A model generated the notes under the pieces. It was not told the origin of the DNA. It saw only the letters and a list, made by a program, of their open reading frames with translations, and ran no database searches. Of a DNA stretch of 37,118 nt, positions 8,301 through 18,091 are shown in pieces. The stretch lies in the IMG/VR virus record IMGVR_UViG_3300028633_000001, positions 1 to 37,118 of that record; one strand, 5' to 3'. Source of the DNA: a virus (Duplodnaviria > Caudoviricetes). The position numbers were made by a program, and so were the translations under genes. Each line of letters begins with the position of its first letter. Position 1 is the first letter of the stretch.

Positions 8301-10441
8301 GTGTCTCTAACGTCATCGGTAAAGGCGTAAACGCTATCGCTGGTGCTGGAACGGTACAGGACACACTAGCTAATCCTCGCCAATTGGTGAAGGGTCTGAC
8401 TGAAGGTGCTCGTCGAATCGGACGTGGATTCAAGGGTGACGACTTCGTTGAAGACTTTCTCGGCGAAGCAAAGCGTTCAACTCGTGGTGATATTAATACT
8501 GGCGGTGGCGCTGTGCGTCGAACTGTCCGTACACTTGTGGAGACACCGACGAATTTGACTCGTGGTATTCGAAACGATCAATTATATCGTGAGGGTATGC
8601 AAGAGGCTGCTCAACAAGGTTTGACTGGTGACGCGCGTAAAACGTATGCGGAACTCCGTTCACTTGTCCCAACGAATAAACAGCTTGAGGCTGCGACTGA
8701 CGCGCAAATGCGAGCAAACATGCTCCATGAGAACGGTGCGTCTCGTATGCTCAATGGTCTTGCTCGATCACTGGATAACAATAAAGTCCTTGGTGGTTGG
8801 CTTGCGCCTCTTCTTCGCAACCAAGTCGCGCCATTTACGAGTTGGTTGGGCGGTAACTTGAATCGTACCTTTACCGATAAAAATGTGCTCTATAATGCGA
8901 CTCACGCTGTCATTAACGCCAAACGAGGCAATGTTCAAGGCGTTATAGACGATGTTTCGAAGCTCGCGGTGAATAGTGCTGAAGCGTATGCTATCGGTGC
9001 ATTGCTCACGCAAGCTGGAATTATTACGACGACTGACGCGAATGGTGACGATTATGCTGGTCTTTACTTCCATATTGGTGATCGATACATCCCTGTCGCT
9101 GCGGCCGGTACGGTTGCTGTTCCGATTATTCTTGGTAACGCGTTCGATCAAGCTTCGAAGGCTGCGTCTGAGGACGGTGGTGGCGCAGAAGCCTTCGCAA
9201 ACGCATTGGTAGTCAACACGCTCAAGAACGCGGGCGTAGCGAGCGTATTCGGTGGCGAAAACAACCTGCAATCGACTGTTTCGGCACTGGCGAAGGGTCA
9301 GGCTGACGTAGCTGATACTGGCGTCAAATTCGTCGGTGATTTTGTTCGGCAGTATATTCCTTCACTTACGGGTGATATTAATGCGTTCCTCAATCTCAAT
9401 GGTGACTTGAACCCAACCGGTGAAGCAGCAAAGACGACAGTGCTTACGGCCGATCCTGATGACAACGTAGCTAAACAGGATGTCATGCAGACTGAAGTGG
9501 CCAAGACTTTGAATCGTGTTCCGTTTGCGTCACAGGGGTTAGATCGTGATGAAGGCAAGCTGGCTCAAGACCCAATCGATCGTATCCTCAAAGGCAGTCG
9601 TGAAAGCGGTGCTGCTGTCTCTAAAAAGGAGAAAGAGCAAACTCTCGCTGAGGTGAAGGCTCAATACGAGAAGGATGGTGTTCCAACAACTGCGGAAGAC
9701 ATTAAAGCTTACGCTGATTCAGGTGAATACGATCTTGCGATTCAAGGCGCTAAATACCGACTTGCTGAATTGGAGTCGAAAGAGAAGACTCCCGAGAGTA
9801 TGAAGCAAAAGCTTCGCGATCAAATCGAAGAGTACGGTCTGCAAAAAGAGGGCGTGCCGACTGACAAAGACGGAATCAAAGCCGCAACTGAGCGCGGTGA
9901 TTGGGATAACGGCATTCGTGGTCTTGAGTATCAATTGTCGAAAATTGAAGACGACAAGAACACTCCTGAATCGGAAAAACAAATTTTGCGGGATGGAATC
10001 AAAACGCTTGAGATTACTCGTGACGGCAACTTTACCCCTGAAGCTGTAGCGCTATACGCTTCCACCAGCTTGACGGAGTGGCGTAATGCAGGCAATCCCG
10101 ATAGCGATGATTACGATCCAGAGCTCTATGACATGCTAAATGCCTACGATGAGGCGCTTACTAAGGGTGGCGTCAGTCGTTCCGAAAAGGGTAAAGATAA
10201 GCGAAAATATATTCCAAAATCAGGCGGTGCTGGTAGTAGAGGCGGCAAGGGTGGCGCTGGACGAGGTGGTAACGCTATCACCACTTCCATCGCGACTAAC
10301 GATCAAAATTTCTCTACGAAGTCTTTGCAGAAAGCGGAAGCAAATTCATCTCCCAAATCTTCCGTTCCTACGGTAGAATTAGTAAAGAACTATGACACGT
10401 CGAAACTGAAAAAAATCAAGGTTAGTAAGGGGGCACGATGA
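5366..10441 (+). CDS. Large (1691 aa) internal virion / ejection protein
   Basis: Size, Ala/Gly-rich glycine-zipper segments, helical composition, position next to adaptor/nozzle genes. Confidence 0.7.
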   Translation: MFDWLKNIFGGGNKTSSAPSRPAKATPDPAAEQRRREEEARKKREAAAKQAALEAQARKDNEAALARRADEEAFNKRMQKMKPAEDKEKELNDLTDQNLDAARKRNKVTGLFDTVADALAGGAAEKRAQVEARTIAAKQYQEKYGYDNGDDAAISFGNRTLEKANAGSKAARDAIDNTKKAIEVVRYVPGAGLGELGANAIRGNFSGSQEADDTLLREQMDLNDADIKALSPEDRQKYLLVAKGGLGAGVLDLAGVGAGSLVKSTVRGGLKQTIKNSAKSSVKQVIKDIATKQGAKTLVKNSAIGAGTGAAVGYGGAKVLGADDEAAAQAAVRGAGGGLFGGLASSPLDIATTSLAKGRNAKNVVRGTLEKADATTVVDAATKTAQRVVNEEKPTIPNMTPVDVTADNSNKVEVSPGVMIEQKSPTTRGATPDSFNTNEPAYVRKQAAEEQRLADEAQMNAGTQEINDIPAFQRQGKVLPDEKVDMARAEEIRAQVAAMPTVEQIRANEFELRSKFAKDVQARPDLRFQLQMKLNDNLASLKQATEQSTALTNELSVLDSKLGTAQQQRKMAQALESEQAGQPAINEVDIPDVTNPIALAKGDSAIDIPMAQFRDAENGSASLPQAEPVTDLPPAAQPTTTDISEAAAQGDLRIPTGSAEQTAEGNAPLKSDVEVQQELADAGIAPNRGESPVAMADDAEQAARARSAEEEVAGQTNAPNTREQAASRIADDEIRDDLMQNAPPKETVNLEQAELNAKAFLNTLDDDGLVKSFATGTVVDDATSFYTSLNAVRRLERINTPEAKEGIRNAIDAMANYAAESGRGLRTVQVLFDDMPSAMKVDYLTRKLSKAGADLTDGDRAQLAGLIQAADNATANVRALEDRARQLLEDGSITNGNVTPELQAQVRQLSEAIQKAELEKEAVSGKAFRDYQRHLDGEVPIGKRAGDVGRTLMLSAPSGRVFDVISTTSTAADDMLTRGVSNVIGKGVNAIAGAGTVQDTLANPRQLVKGLTEGARRIGRGFKGDDFVEDFLGEAKRSTRGDINTGGGAVRRTVRTLVETPTNLTRGIRNDQLYREGMQEAAQQGLTGDARKTYAELRSLVPTNKQLEAATDAQMRANMLHENGASRMLNGLARSLDNNKVLGGWLAPLLRNQVAPFTSWLGGNLNRTFTDKNVLYNATHAVINAKRGNVQGVIDDVSKLAVNSAEAYAIGALLTQAGIITTTDANGDDYAGLYFHIGDRYIPVAAAGTVAVPIILGNAFDQASKAASEDGGGAEAFANALVVNTLKNAGVASVFGGENNLQSTVSALAKGQADVADTGVKFVGDFVRQYIPSLTGDINAFLNLNGDLNPTGEAAKTTVLTADPDDNVAKQDVMQTEVAKTLNRVPFASQGLDRDEGKLAQDPIDRILKGSRESGAAVSKKEKEQTLAEVKAQYEKDGVPTTAEDIKAYADSGEYDLAIQGAKYRLAELESKEKTPESMKQKLRDQIEEYGLQKEGVPTDKDGIKAATERGDWDNGIRGLEYQLSKIEDDKNTPESEKQILRDGIKTLEITRDGNFTPEAVALYASTSLTEWRNAGNPDSDDYDPELYDMLNAYDEALTKGGVSRSEKGKDKRKYIPKSGGAGSRGGKGGAGRGGNAITTSIATNDQNFSTKSLQKAEANSSPKSSVPTVELVKNYDTSKLKKIKVSKGAR

Positions 10442-11172
10442 CCGACGAGCAGGTAATGAAGAAGTTTGCACAAAGCGTCATCCTCGCGATGACTAGCAAG
10501 CATATGGATCAAGAAGACCTTGATAGTGACGACGGTACGCAATTCATTAATGAGCTCGTGGATTGGACGAACCAATTCCTTGATGAGCTCGAACTTGAAA
10601 CGGATTGGAATTTTGTTACTGAGCTCAATAAAGTTATCGGCACTGTGACTATCCCCGCGCAAACCTTCCCGCTGCCCGCCGGGACGCGCAAGCTTGCCGT
10701 CCGCGAACATCGCCCCCTTCACATTAAACAGGATGGGGTTCCTGTTTCGACGTGGGATATTGTCCGCCCAGCTATGATTTCAAGTGATTCTCGTGATGGC
10801 TATCCATTACGGAGTCGTGTCACCTACGTTGGTAAAAACGTAGTTTTCTCTCGAGACCTTGATGATACGGAAATTGGTGGTGAGGTAGTCGCGGACGTAG
10901 TGAATAAAATTCCGCGCCTTGTGTACGATCCTGATGTTCCGGCTGATAATAATCTTGAAGTGCTTGATCTTATCGAGCCGCGACAGTTGCTGGTCTTTGG
11001 TGTTGCTAAAAATGCGACGCTTCCAGATTTCGTTCGTGGTAAAATCTCTCCTTCGTTGGTACAGAAATATACCGATGTCCTCGGTAAAGCTGTTGCTGAA
11101 AATGAAGCGACGGGAACCGGTGATACATATGAGGGTGAAGATAACAGTGGTTACGGAGGAGTTTATCTATAA
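10438..11172 (+). CDS. Putative head-tail adaptor (tail tubular protein A-like)
   Basis: N..LDELELETDWNF and FPLPA patterns; sits before nozzle gene. Confidence 0.6.
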   Translation: MTDEQVMKKFAQSVILAMTSKHMDQEDLDSDDGTQFINELVDWTNQFLDELELETDWNFVTELNKVIGTVTIPAQTFPLPAGTRKLAVREHRPLHIKQDGVPVSTWDIVRPAMISSDSRDGYPLRSRVTYVGKNVVFSRDLDDTEIGGEVVADVVNKIPRLVYDPDVPADNNLEVLDLIEPRQLLVFGVAKNATLPDFVRGKISPSLVQKYTDVLGKAVAENEATGTGDTYEGEDNSGYGGVYL

Positions 11173-13241
11173 TGGCGGTCAAAGACCCGGTAAAAGTTCC
11201 TGAGACCAAGATCACCAGTCTTGATGTCCTTGGCTTTTCTGGTGGTTGGAGTTTGCTCGGTGAGCGTAATGCGAAGCCGAACCAGTTTGTTGAAAGTAGT
11301 AACGTTGAACTTACTGCTACTGGCTCCCTAACGGAGCGCGGCTCATTGCAGCGTTGGCTACCTGATACTGAAGGAACTGTATATCATATCAAATCGGCGC
11401 TCATCAATAACGTGCTCACTCATTTCGTCGCTGACAACGGGCGTATTCGTTGGACGATAGATGGTTCAACTATTTGGACGGATTGTGGCGGCTCGAATAC
11501 TGTCACGACAACAGGGGTGAAAAATACGTTCCTACGTGTGCTTGACGTGCTATTGATCCTCAACGGTAAAGACAAGATGAAGTGGGTTGATCTCAAGACT
11601 AAAAACGTTGTTGCTTCTACTTTTGTAGCGAATCCGGCATCGGCTCCAACAGGAGCGCTCACTGGTTTGACTACAGGTTCGTACAACATCTATTTCGGGT
11701 TCACTTTTTCAAGTGCGACCGGAGAAACGAAATTGTCTCCTATCCTTACTCAGTCGATTAACAAACCACGTGATAACTGGAAGACTGACGGCACTGAATA
11801 CCTGACGCTCTCTCGCCCTGCCGGTAATCCAGCGGGGGCAAAAACATGGAATTTATATGTGGCTCTTGCATCAAATGGCGGTACAATCGCTGACACCGAT
11901 ATGCTCATGCTTGCTGGTGGTCTTGATCTCAATACGCTATCGTTTACTGATAACGGCACTCTTGCTATCGACATCGGACGCGGTAATCCTCCAACGGATA
12001 ACTCAACAGACGGTGCTCGAGCAACTCATGGTATTGAATCAAGTGGCCGTCCAATCCTATTCGGCATTAAAGATGACCTCGGTAACGATACGGGTGACGT
12101 GCTCATCGGCGGTGATGGCGACTACGCACTTGATTTTTCTGCGTCGAATGGTGGATTCCGAGCCCAACCTTCTAGGGGTACAGACTATTATCCTGCCTCT
12201 GTCGTTGGCTTCCGTAACGGTCAAGGTATCCCTTCGCTAACAATTCTCTTCAGTAACACTGAGGGTATTTCGAAGCAAGCGACGCTCGAGCAACAGACGA
12301 TCAATTACGGTAATCAGACTTTTGTTGTTTGGGGCGTGACGGAGCAGAATTATGGCGCGGCCGGTGTCGCTTCCAGTTACGGTGTCGTCAATTATAATGG
12401 CGCACTCACCTTCCCAACGTTCGACGGTATGATGAGCATGGACACGCAACCACAGCTTCAAAACGTGCTGGCGACTCGTCGTACTGCTAACGATATCGCA
12501 GACTTCTTCAAGAGCGTCAATACGGATGCGCTGGGTGAAATTGTCGGTACTGGATGGGGGAACCGACTTCTCTACATCGTCCCAGCCTACGGGTTCCCAA
12601 CACCGAACCAGATTGCCATCAAAGATAACAACAATGATGGCTCATGGTATACGCTCGATATCGCTTCTCAGTGGATCGGTACAGTTTCACCGCCTGACAG
12701 CCCGGCTTTCGTATATATTTGTCAGGGTAATAAAATTCTCAAGTTGCTTGAGTATTTCGGTACTGCCGACTATAAAGGAGGTGCGGCTGAAACTTTCACT
12801 ACGTCCGCAAAGGGATCATTCCTCCCAGTTAGCGACGCAAGGAACGCGTATAAATCCGTTGTTCAAGGTGTATTCGATCTCATCGATTTCATTGGCGAAA
12901 TGACTATCGGCGTCAACTACATCAACGAAAACGGTCGAATCAAGACAAAGAAAAAAACTATCCACGGAGCCACATATAATGTGTCATCTGCTGGCGGATG
13001 GTCTGACCCTCAGTACGTCTATAATGCTGCCGACGCTCCGGCTGGATGGGATGCAGTTGCTCGGATCGACGAGGCGTCTTCATCGCTTCAAAAAGTCACA
13101 AAACGATTCAAGCTGCCAATGAATGTTCTGGCTTCGGAACTTCAGTGGTGGTACCAAACCCCACTTGGTTACAACTCGTATGAGCTGAAAACTGTCGTAT
13201 ACGAAGGTGAGAATCTAGGCGTAGAGCCGGACTTGAGTTAG
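11172..13241 (+). CDS. Putative tail nozzle / stabilisation protein (P22 gp10 / tubular protein B-like)
   Basis: N-terminal FSGGW...PNQF..SSNV...GSL..RG pattern; beta-propeller-like composition; 689 aa. Confidence 0.68.
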   Translation: MAVKDPVKVPETKITSLDVLGFSGGWSLLGERNAKPNQFVESSNVELTATGSLTERGSLQRWLPDTEGTVYHIKSALINNVLTHFVADNGRIRWTIDGSTIWTDCGGSNTVTTTGVKNTFLRVLDVLLILNGKDKMKWVDLKTKNVVASTFVANPASAPTGALTGLTTGSYNIYFGFTFSSATGETKLSPILTQSINKPRDNWKTDGTEYLTLSRPAGNPAGAKTWNLYVALASNGGTIADTDMLMLAGGLDLNTLSFTDNGTLAIDIGRGNPPTDNSTDGARATHGIESSGRPILFGIKDDLGNDTGDVLIGGDGDYALDFSASNGGFRAQPSRGTDYYPASVVGFRNGQGIPSLTILFSNTEGISKQATLEQQTINYGNQTFVVWGVTEQNYGAAGVASSYGVVNYNGALTFPTFDGMMSMDTQPQLQNVLATRRTANDIADFFKSVNTDALGEIVGTGWGNRLLYIVPAYGFPTPNQIAIKDNNNDGSWYTLDIASQWIGTVSPPDSPAFVYICQGNKILKLLEYFGTADYKGGAAETFTTSAKGSFLPVSDARNAYKSVVQGVFDLIDFIGEMTIGVNYINENGRIKTKKKTIHGATYNVSSAGGWSDPQYVYNAADAPAGWDAVARIDEASSSLQKVTKRFKLPMNVLASELQWWYQTPLGYNSYELKTVVYEGENLGVEPDLS

Positions 13242-13266
13242 AATATGATTAACATAAGGGGGAAAA

Positions 13267-15051
13267 ATGAATAACGAGGAACCGGTGCCGCAAGACGCTC
13301 CAACTATAGATATGGAAGTGCTTCTTTCGGAGTGGGAAAAAAGCAAGCGTTATCGCAATATGTACACCCGAGACTTCCGCGATCTCGACAACCTCGTTGA
13401 CGGTGCCCCACTGACCCGCGAAGGCGCAGCGCCCTTCGTCGGCGACACGACCCTCGCTGGCCTCGTCCGCAGCATCCCCCGCGCTTCGCTGCAACAGCTC
13501 CCGGTCTTCTCCGTCACCATTAACGGGACGAAAAATTCTGTTAATGCGCTAGTGGCTTCGTACCTATTGAGAGCCGTTGTGTTCAACGAGGATACATTTG
13601 GGAAGGGAATACTCTCTACTATGCAGATTGGCGCAGAGCAAGCGCTTACGCATGGTTACGCGCCATTCATGACGGCTACAGGTGCGATGTTTGATGAGTT
13701 CGGTACTTCGATGCGGCTTATGAACTATATGGATGTTTCTCCTGAAACTGGTATCCAGGCCGATAACGAATCCCTCGACTGGTTTGTTGAAGCAGATATT
13801 ACTCCGGCTCGTCTTGATCGTATTATTGCTAAAGCGAAGGCTAACCCCAACACAGCGTGGGATGTTGCAGCTCTTGAAGAGCTTCGTCAAACTGATCCTG
13901 AAGGCACTGATTATCAACAGGCGGCGTCTGAGCCTCGTCGTGTACAAGGTACCGATAGTGGTGTATATCGTTTTGTAACTGACTATCAGGTTGGTATTGG
14001 CGGTAAATTTATTACATTCTGTAATCAGTTGAAAGATCGCCCACTTCGCGTGCTCGATAATAAATCAAAGTTTGGTTATCCTCGAGTGCAATTTCTCGTT
14101 ATTGATCCAGTGCCTTTAAATCCATTCGGCCTATCTCGTGTTCGTCTAGCGAGCCCAAATCAGAACCTTATGAACGCATATTACATGAATATTATGTCGA
14201 TGCTCATTATCAATAGTGACCCACCGATTTTACAGCGTGGTCGTTTCACGACGCCCGTACAGCTTAAACGTAAAGCGAAGTGGGAAACTATAGACCAAAA
14301 CGCTACAGCGGAGCTTGTGCAGATCGATAACGGTGCCTTGAACCAATTCGTACCGATGCTCAAACAGTTCTCGGCTCAGATCCAGAATATGATGGGTTCG
14401 GCTGTTGGCAATGCTGATGGTGGCTCAAACTCTCTTGGATTCAGTAAGACTGCCCCGGGCGTAAAAATGCAACAGGACTTCATGTCTTTGTCCACGAACC
14501 AGCTTACGAACATTCTTGAGAACTTCCTTCGTCAATACGCGCTCGTTGCACTTGATACTTATATCTGTGAGCAAGAGGGTGACTATACTTTGACGCTTGA
14601 TGACGAGGCAAAGACGGCGATCAATCGTTTGCTCGATGATAAAAACGCTGAAACTATCGCGAAGTATGATGCAGCCGTCGCAGCCGGAGAAGTAGTTGAA
14701 GAGCCTGTACAACTCCCAATGATCGGTGATGACAATAAATTCGATATAAACTGGGAAACATTCTACGGTTCAATTGAAAGCTGGAAAATCAGCATCGAAC
14801 TTTCGATGGGCAAAGATGAACTTGAAGAAAAAACTCGTGCCGACCTACAAGACACGCTCGTTACTCTTATGCAAAATGATGATGGTTCTGATCCTGAGAT
14901 TCGTCAACGCGCTAAAGAAATTCTTGATAAAATTCTCGAAAAAACTGATCCGACTGGTCGTCGTTTGAACGCTCGTAATATCCCAGTACCACAAGCACCT
15001 GCCGACGGTCAACCAACTGGTGAGGTTGCGTCAGCTGCTTCGACCCAGTAG
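13267..15051 (+). CDS. Portal protein (P22-like)
   Basis: 594 aa; P.P..PFGLSRV...PNQ..MN, KTAPGV segments; followed by small gene and scaffold. Confidence 0.75.
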   Translation: MNNEEPVPQDAPTIDMEVLLSEWEKSKRYRNMYTRDFRDLDNLVDGAPLTREGAAPFVGDTTLAGLVRSIPRASLQQLPVFSVTINGTKNSVNALVASYLLRAVVFNEDTFGKGILSTMQIGAEQALTHGYAPFMTATGAMFDEFGTSMRLMNYMDVSPETGIQADNESLDWFVEADITPARLDRIIAKAKANPNTAWDVAALEELRQTDPEGTDYQQAASEPRRVQGTDSGVYRFVTDYQVGIGGKFITFCNQLKDRPLRVLDNKSKFGYPRVQFLVIDPVPLNPFGLSRVRLASPNQNLMNAYYMNIMSMLIINSDPPILQRGRFTTPVQLKRKAKWETIDQNATAELVQIDNGALNQFVPMLKQFSAQIQNMMGSAVGNADGGSNSLGFSKTAPGVKMQQDFMSLSTNQLTNILENFLRQYALVALDTYICEQEGDYTLTLDDEAKTAINRLLDDKNAETIAKYDAAVAAGEVVEEPVQLPMIGDDNKFDINWETFYGSIESWKISIELSMGKDELEEKTRADLQDTLVTLMQNDDGSDPEIRQRAKEILDKILEKTDPTGRRLNARNIPVPQAPADGQPTGEVASAASTQ

Positions 15052-15068
15052 TTTTGCATAAAACTTGA

Positions 15069-15080
15069 TTATGCTATAAT
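15069..15080 (+). promoter_or_regulatory. Extended -10 promoter TTATGCTATAAT, probably leaderless
   Basis: ATG 7 nt downstream, no SD. Confidence 0.7.
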
Positions 15081-15087
15081 CCAATTT

Positions 15088-15390
15088 ATGGCAGTAGACT
15101 TCGATAGGGAAGACTTACCTTATACTTCGCAAGCAGGGTTGTACGAGGACACAGAAGCGCCGGTTGATGACCAGCGTGATCTTTCTGCATTGCGTGCGAT
15201 AAAAAAACAGGCGGATGCTCTACGAAAAACTGCGGGAAGTACCAATTCTCTTGTGCTCGGTAATAAAGAGTTACCAGTAGAAACACAAATATTTGGCTAC
15301 CAGTTTGCTCTTGATTTTCTCGAGCCTTTAATCACGACAATCGATAATGCGGTTGATAAAGTTAATAAACAAGGGAGGGGCACTAAATAA
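15088..15390 (+). CDS. Small portal-adjacent hypothetical protein
   Basis: 100 aa ORF coupled to scaffold by TAATG. Confidence 0.75.
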   Translation: MAVDFDREDLPYTSQAGLYEDTEAPVDDQRDLSALRAIKKQADALRKTAGSTNSLVLGNKELPVETQIFGYQFALDFLEPLITTIDNAVDKVNKQGRGTK

Positions 15391-16412
15391 TGTCAGATGT
15401 CGAAGACACTATTACGCAAGAAGCGGCGGAAACCGCTGACGCTCAAGAGTGGGATTCTGCTTTCGGTAAATTTGATGCTGAAAAAGGTATCAAACCTGCA
15501 GGAGAAGAAAAGAAAAATCCTACTGATGTAGAGACGGCTGCCGCAGAGGAAGCCAAAAAAGCTGCTGATGAGGCGGCAAAAAAAGCTGCCGAAGAAGAGG
15601 CTCGTAAAAACGAGACTCCTGAGCAGAAAGCTAATCGTGAGAAAAAAGAAGCAGAGGAAGCCGCTGCCGCTAAAGAGACGGAGACGCCGGAGGAAGCTCA
15701 GGCGCGTCGTGACGCCGCAAAGCTCGCTCGTGAGGTACGTGACGCCAACCGTGACTTCATTGCCGATACTGAGGCTGTTCGCAACGATGTCGTCGAACAG
15801 ATGTTCAAAGACAAAGATGGCAAGCTGTATGACGCTGATGGCGATGAAATCAAGTCTATTGAAGATGTTATGGGTCTTCGTAACCCAAACACTGGCAAGA
15901 ATTTTACTGAAGACGAAGCCGCTAAATGGTTTTTGAAAGCATCTCAAAATGCCAAGCAGGAACGCGAGGATGCGTTGAAGCAAGCTGCTGAGATCGCTGA
16001 TGAACTCATTAGTATCAAGGATCAGGCTGATACTGTGAAAGACAAGTACGGTGCTTTTCTTAATGATCCAAAAAATGCTGGACTCAAGGCAGAAATTTGG
16101 GCTGACTATGAAGCAACATTTGTTGTTGATCCTGACTCGGGTATCATTGTGAAGGCACCTGTCTCGATGGTTCGATTCTATGATCGAGCACTCAAGCCGT
16201 ATGTCGAGGCTCAGACGACAATCAACTCTGCTGAAGAGGCGAAAAAACAAGCCGAGGAAGCTGCCGCAAAAGCGAAGGCTGAGGCTAACGCGGCTCGCAC
16301 TCGTAACGATCGTGAAGACATTTTTGCTCGTGGCGATAACGGTCGCAGTACATTAACTAAAGATGAAGAGGAGTGGGCTGACGCTGAAAAATCGTGGCTC
16401 AGTAAAAAATAA
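15390..16412 (+). CDS. Capsid scaffolding protein
   Basis: Acidic, E/A/K-rich helical repeats; GGGAGGGG RBS; position after portal. Confidence 0.7.
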   Translation: MSDVEDTITQEAAETADAQEWDSAFGKFDAEKGIKPAGEEKKNPTDVETAAAEEAKKAADEAAKKAAEEEARKNETPEQKANREKKEAEEAAAAKETETPEEAQARRDAAKLAREVRDANRDFIADTEAVRNDVVEQMFKDKDGKLYDADGDEIKSIEDVMGLRNPNTGKNFTEDEAAKWFLKASQNAKQEREDALKQAAEIADELISIKDQADTVKDKYGAFLNDPKNAGLKAEIWADYEATFVVDPDSGIIVKAPVSMVRFYDRALKPYVEAQTTINSAEEAKKQAEEAAAKAKAEANAARTRNDREDIFARGDNGRSTLTKDEEEWADAEKSWLSKK

Positions 16413-16414
16413 TT

Positions 16415-16669
16415 ATGACTTTTAGCGATGCACTTATTCAATTAAAAAACGGTAAAGCGCTCGAGCGTGTCGGTTGGAATGGCCGTGGCCTGATGGTACG
16501 GATGCAGACCCCCGACGAGCACTCAAAGATGGGCAACCCTTACCTTTATATCGATGCCCGCGCTCTTGGTGGTGAACGCAACCCTTGGGTTCCGTCACAG
16601 ACCGATCTATTCGCTGCCGACTGGCAAGTTGTTCAAACAGTAAAAGATGAAGAAGAGGAGAAAAAATAA
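16415..16669 (+). CDS. tad2: DUF2829 / Tad2-family protein (candidate anti-defence nucleotide sponge)
   Basis: MTFSDAL..LK.GK...R.GWNG, PYLYI, PWVPSQTDLFA.DW signature. Confidence 0.85.
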   Translation: MTFSDALIQLKNGKALERVGWNGRGLMVRMQTPDEHSKMGNPYLYIDARALGGERNPWVPSQTDLFAADWQVVQTVKDEEEEKK

Positions 16670-17193
16670 TGTCTGTAAAATTCTTTAGCGTTCGCAGCGG
16701 TGAGATCGTTCACGCTGAAACCGAACCAATGATCGCTGCGTATTTTAACTCAAGCGATCTCAATCCAAATGGTATCGTGCAAGACTTCGGTTGGCGCATC
16801 CACCCGGCTATGGTCAAGCGTATTCGTGAATTTGAAGAGGATGAAGAGGCTATGGAAAAATTGGCAGACAAGCTTCAAATTCCTATCGAGAACCTTGCGA
16901 CTTATCATGTGTTAAAATTCATCTCTGATCGCGAAGACAAAGCTGCTCGTAAGAAAGAAGAGAAAGACAATAACCAGTACCAAGAGCAATACGAGCGTGA
17001 GCTCGCTGAAGCACTTGCTGGTGCTCAGGATACTTACGATGATGCCGCCGACACAGATACTTCAAAACCACCAACTCCTAGTGCTAAAAAACCAAAGGTC
17101 GCGACCGCTGCCGAGATCGCCGCTCAAAAGAAGCTGGATGATGAAAAGCTTGCAAAAATGATCGCGGAAGATGATAATAAAAGCAATAGCTAG
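16669..17193 (+). CDS. Hypothetical protein, 174 aa
   Basis: TAATG coupling; typical codon usage. Confidence 0.75.
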   Translation: MSVKFFSVRSGEIVHAETEPMIAAYFNSSDLNPNGIVQDFGWRIHPAMVKRIREFEEDEEAMEKLADKLQIPIENLATYHVLKFISDREDKAARKKEEKDNNQYQEQYERELAEALAGAQDTYDDAADTDTSKPPTPSAKKPKVATAAEIAAQKKLDDEKLAKMIAEDDNKSNS

Positions 17194-17212
17194 ATAACTA
17201 TCAGGGGGTAAT

Positions 17213-17590
17213 ATGCAATCGTCAACAGGATACAAGTCAGGTAATATCACTACTCAAAACCTTGTTCCCAATGGCGCTGCAACCGCCAACTCTGCCGTTG
17301 AGCTTGATCTCAACGGCAGTTATAACACTGTCGGTATCCAAGTCACCGGCATCTACACTGGCGCTCTTTCAGTCCAATTCAGCATTGACGGTACACGCTG
17401 GGAAACTGTCGGCGGTACTGTTGTCGGCAACTCAATTGAAGATATTAGCGTTGGTACGTCTGCCGCGACTATTGCCTCTGCCGCGATCGGTGTTCGACGT
17501 ATTCGCTCGTCTGGTATGGGTAAAGTCCGTGTCACTGGGCTTGCAGCAATGACGGGTACTGCCGTCGTAACATTAGTAGCAACAAGATAA
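17213..17590 (+). CDS. Putative virion decoration / beta-sandwich structural protein
   Basis: AGGGGG RBS; small-residue beta-rich; VQFSIDG..W motif. Confidence 0.5.
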   Translation: MQSSTGYKSGNITTQNLVPNGAATANSAVELDLNGSYNTVGIQVTGIYTGALSVQFSIDGTRWETVGGTVVGNSIEDISVGTSAATIASAAIGVRRIRSSGMGKVRVTGLAAMTGTAVVTLVATR

Positions 17591-17602
17591 CAGGAGGTCA
17601 TT

Positions 17603-18091
17603 ATGGCTGATTCAGAAGATACTAAAAAAGATGAAAATAAGAGTTCACTCGAGACTCCTCAAAATGAAGAGAAGCGCGAACTGAGCGACTTCGAGCAAAA
17701 TGCTGAAGAGGGTCGCAAGACTGCTGAAGCAACTATCGCTGCCGAAGCAGAAGAAAATGGTGGTACGAAGCCGGGATCAGAGAACAAGACCGCCAAAGTC
17801 ACTACCTCTGAAGCACAGCCTCAGCTAAAACCTGCAGACGAGAAAGGCAACGTCGTTGCTAAAAAAGAAGACGAACGCCTCGGTGATGACAAGGCTGCTC
17901 AGAAACCAGACGCCGCACTCAAAGTTGGTCAGAAAACTGCTGCCACAAACCTGAAAACTGAAGAATCTAATGCTCCTGAAGTTCAAGAAGATGGCACTGA
18001 TTTCGATCAAGCTATCAGCGAAGGCTTGAGCACCGCTCAGAAAAACCACCGCGCCGAAGTCGCAGCCAACAAAGCTGCAAACCAGCGCTAG
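17603..18091 (+). CDS. Acidic, probably disordered hypothetical protein
   Basis: AGGAGG RBS; E/K/A/D-rich, few aromatics. Confidence 0.75.
   Translation: MADSEDTKKDENKSSLETPQNEEKRELSDFEQNAEEGRKTAEATIAAEAEENGGTKPGSENKTAKVTTSEAQPQLKPADEKGNVVAKKEDERLGDDKAAQKPDAALKVGQKTAATNLKTEESNAPEVQEDGTDFDQAISEGLSTAQKNHRAEVAANKAANQR

Noticed and set aside
15393-16250. 285-aa antisense ORF (also 19850-20587, 6983-7621, 34898-35539)
   Set aside because: Shadow frames of strongly biased genes; no RBS or motifs
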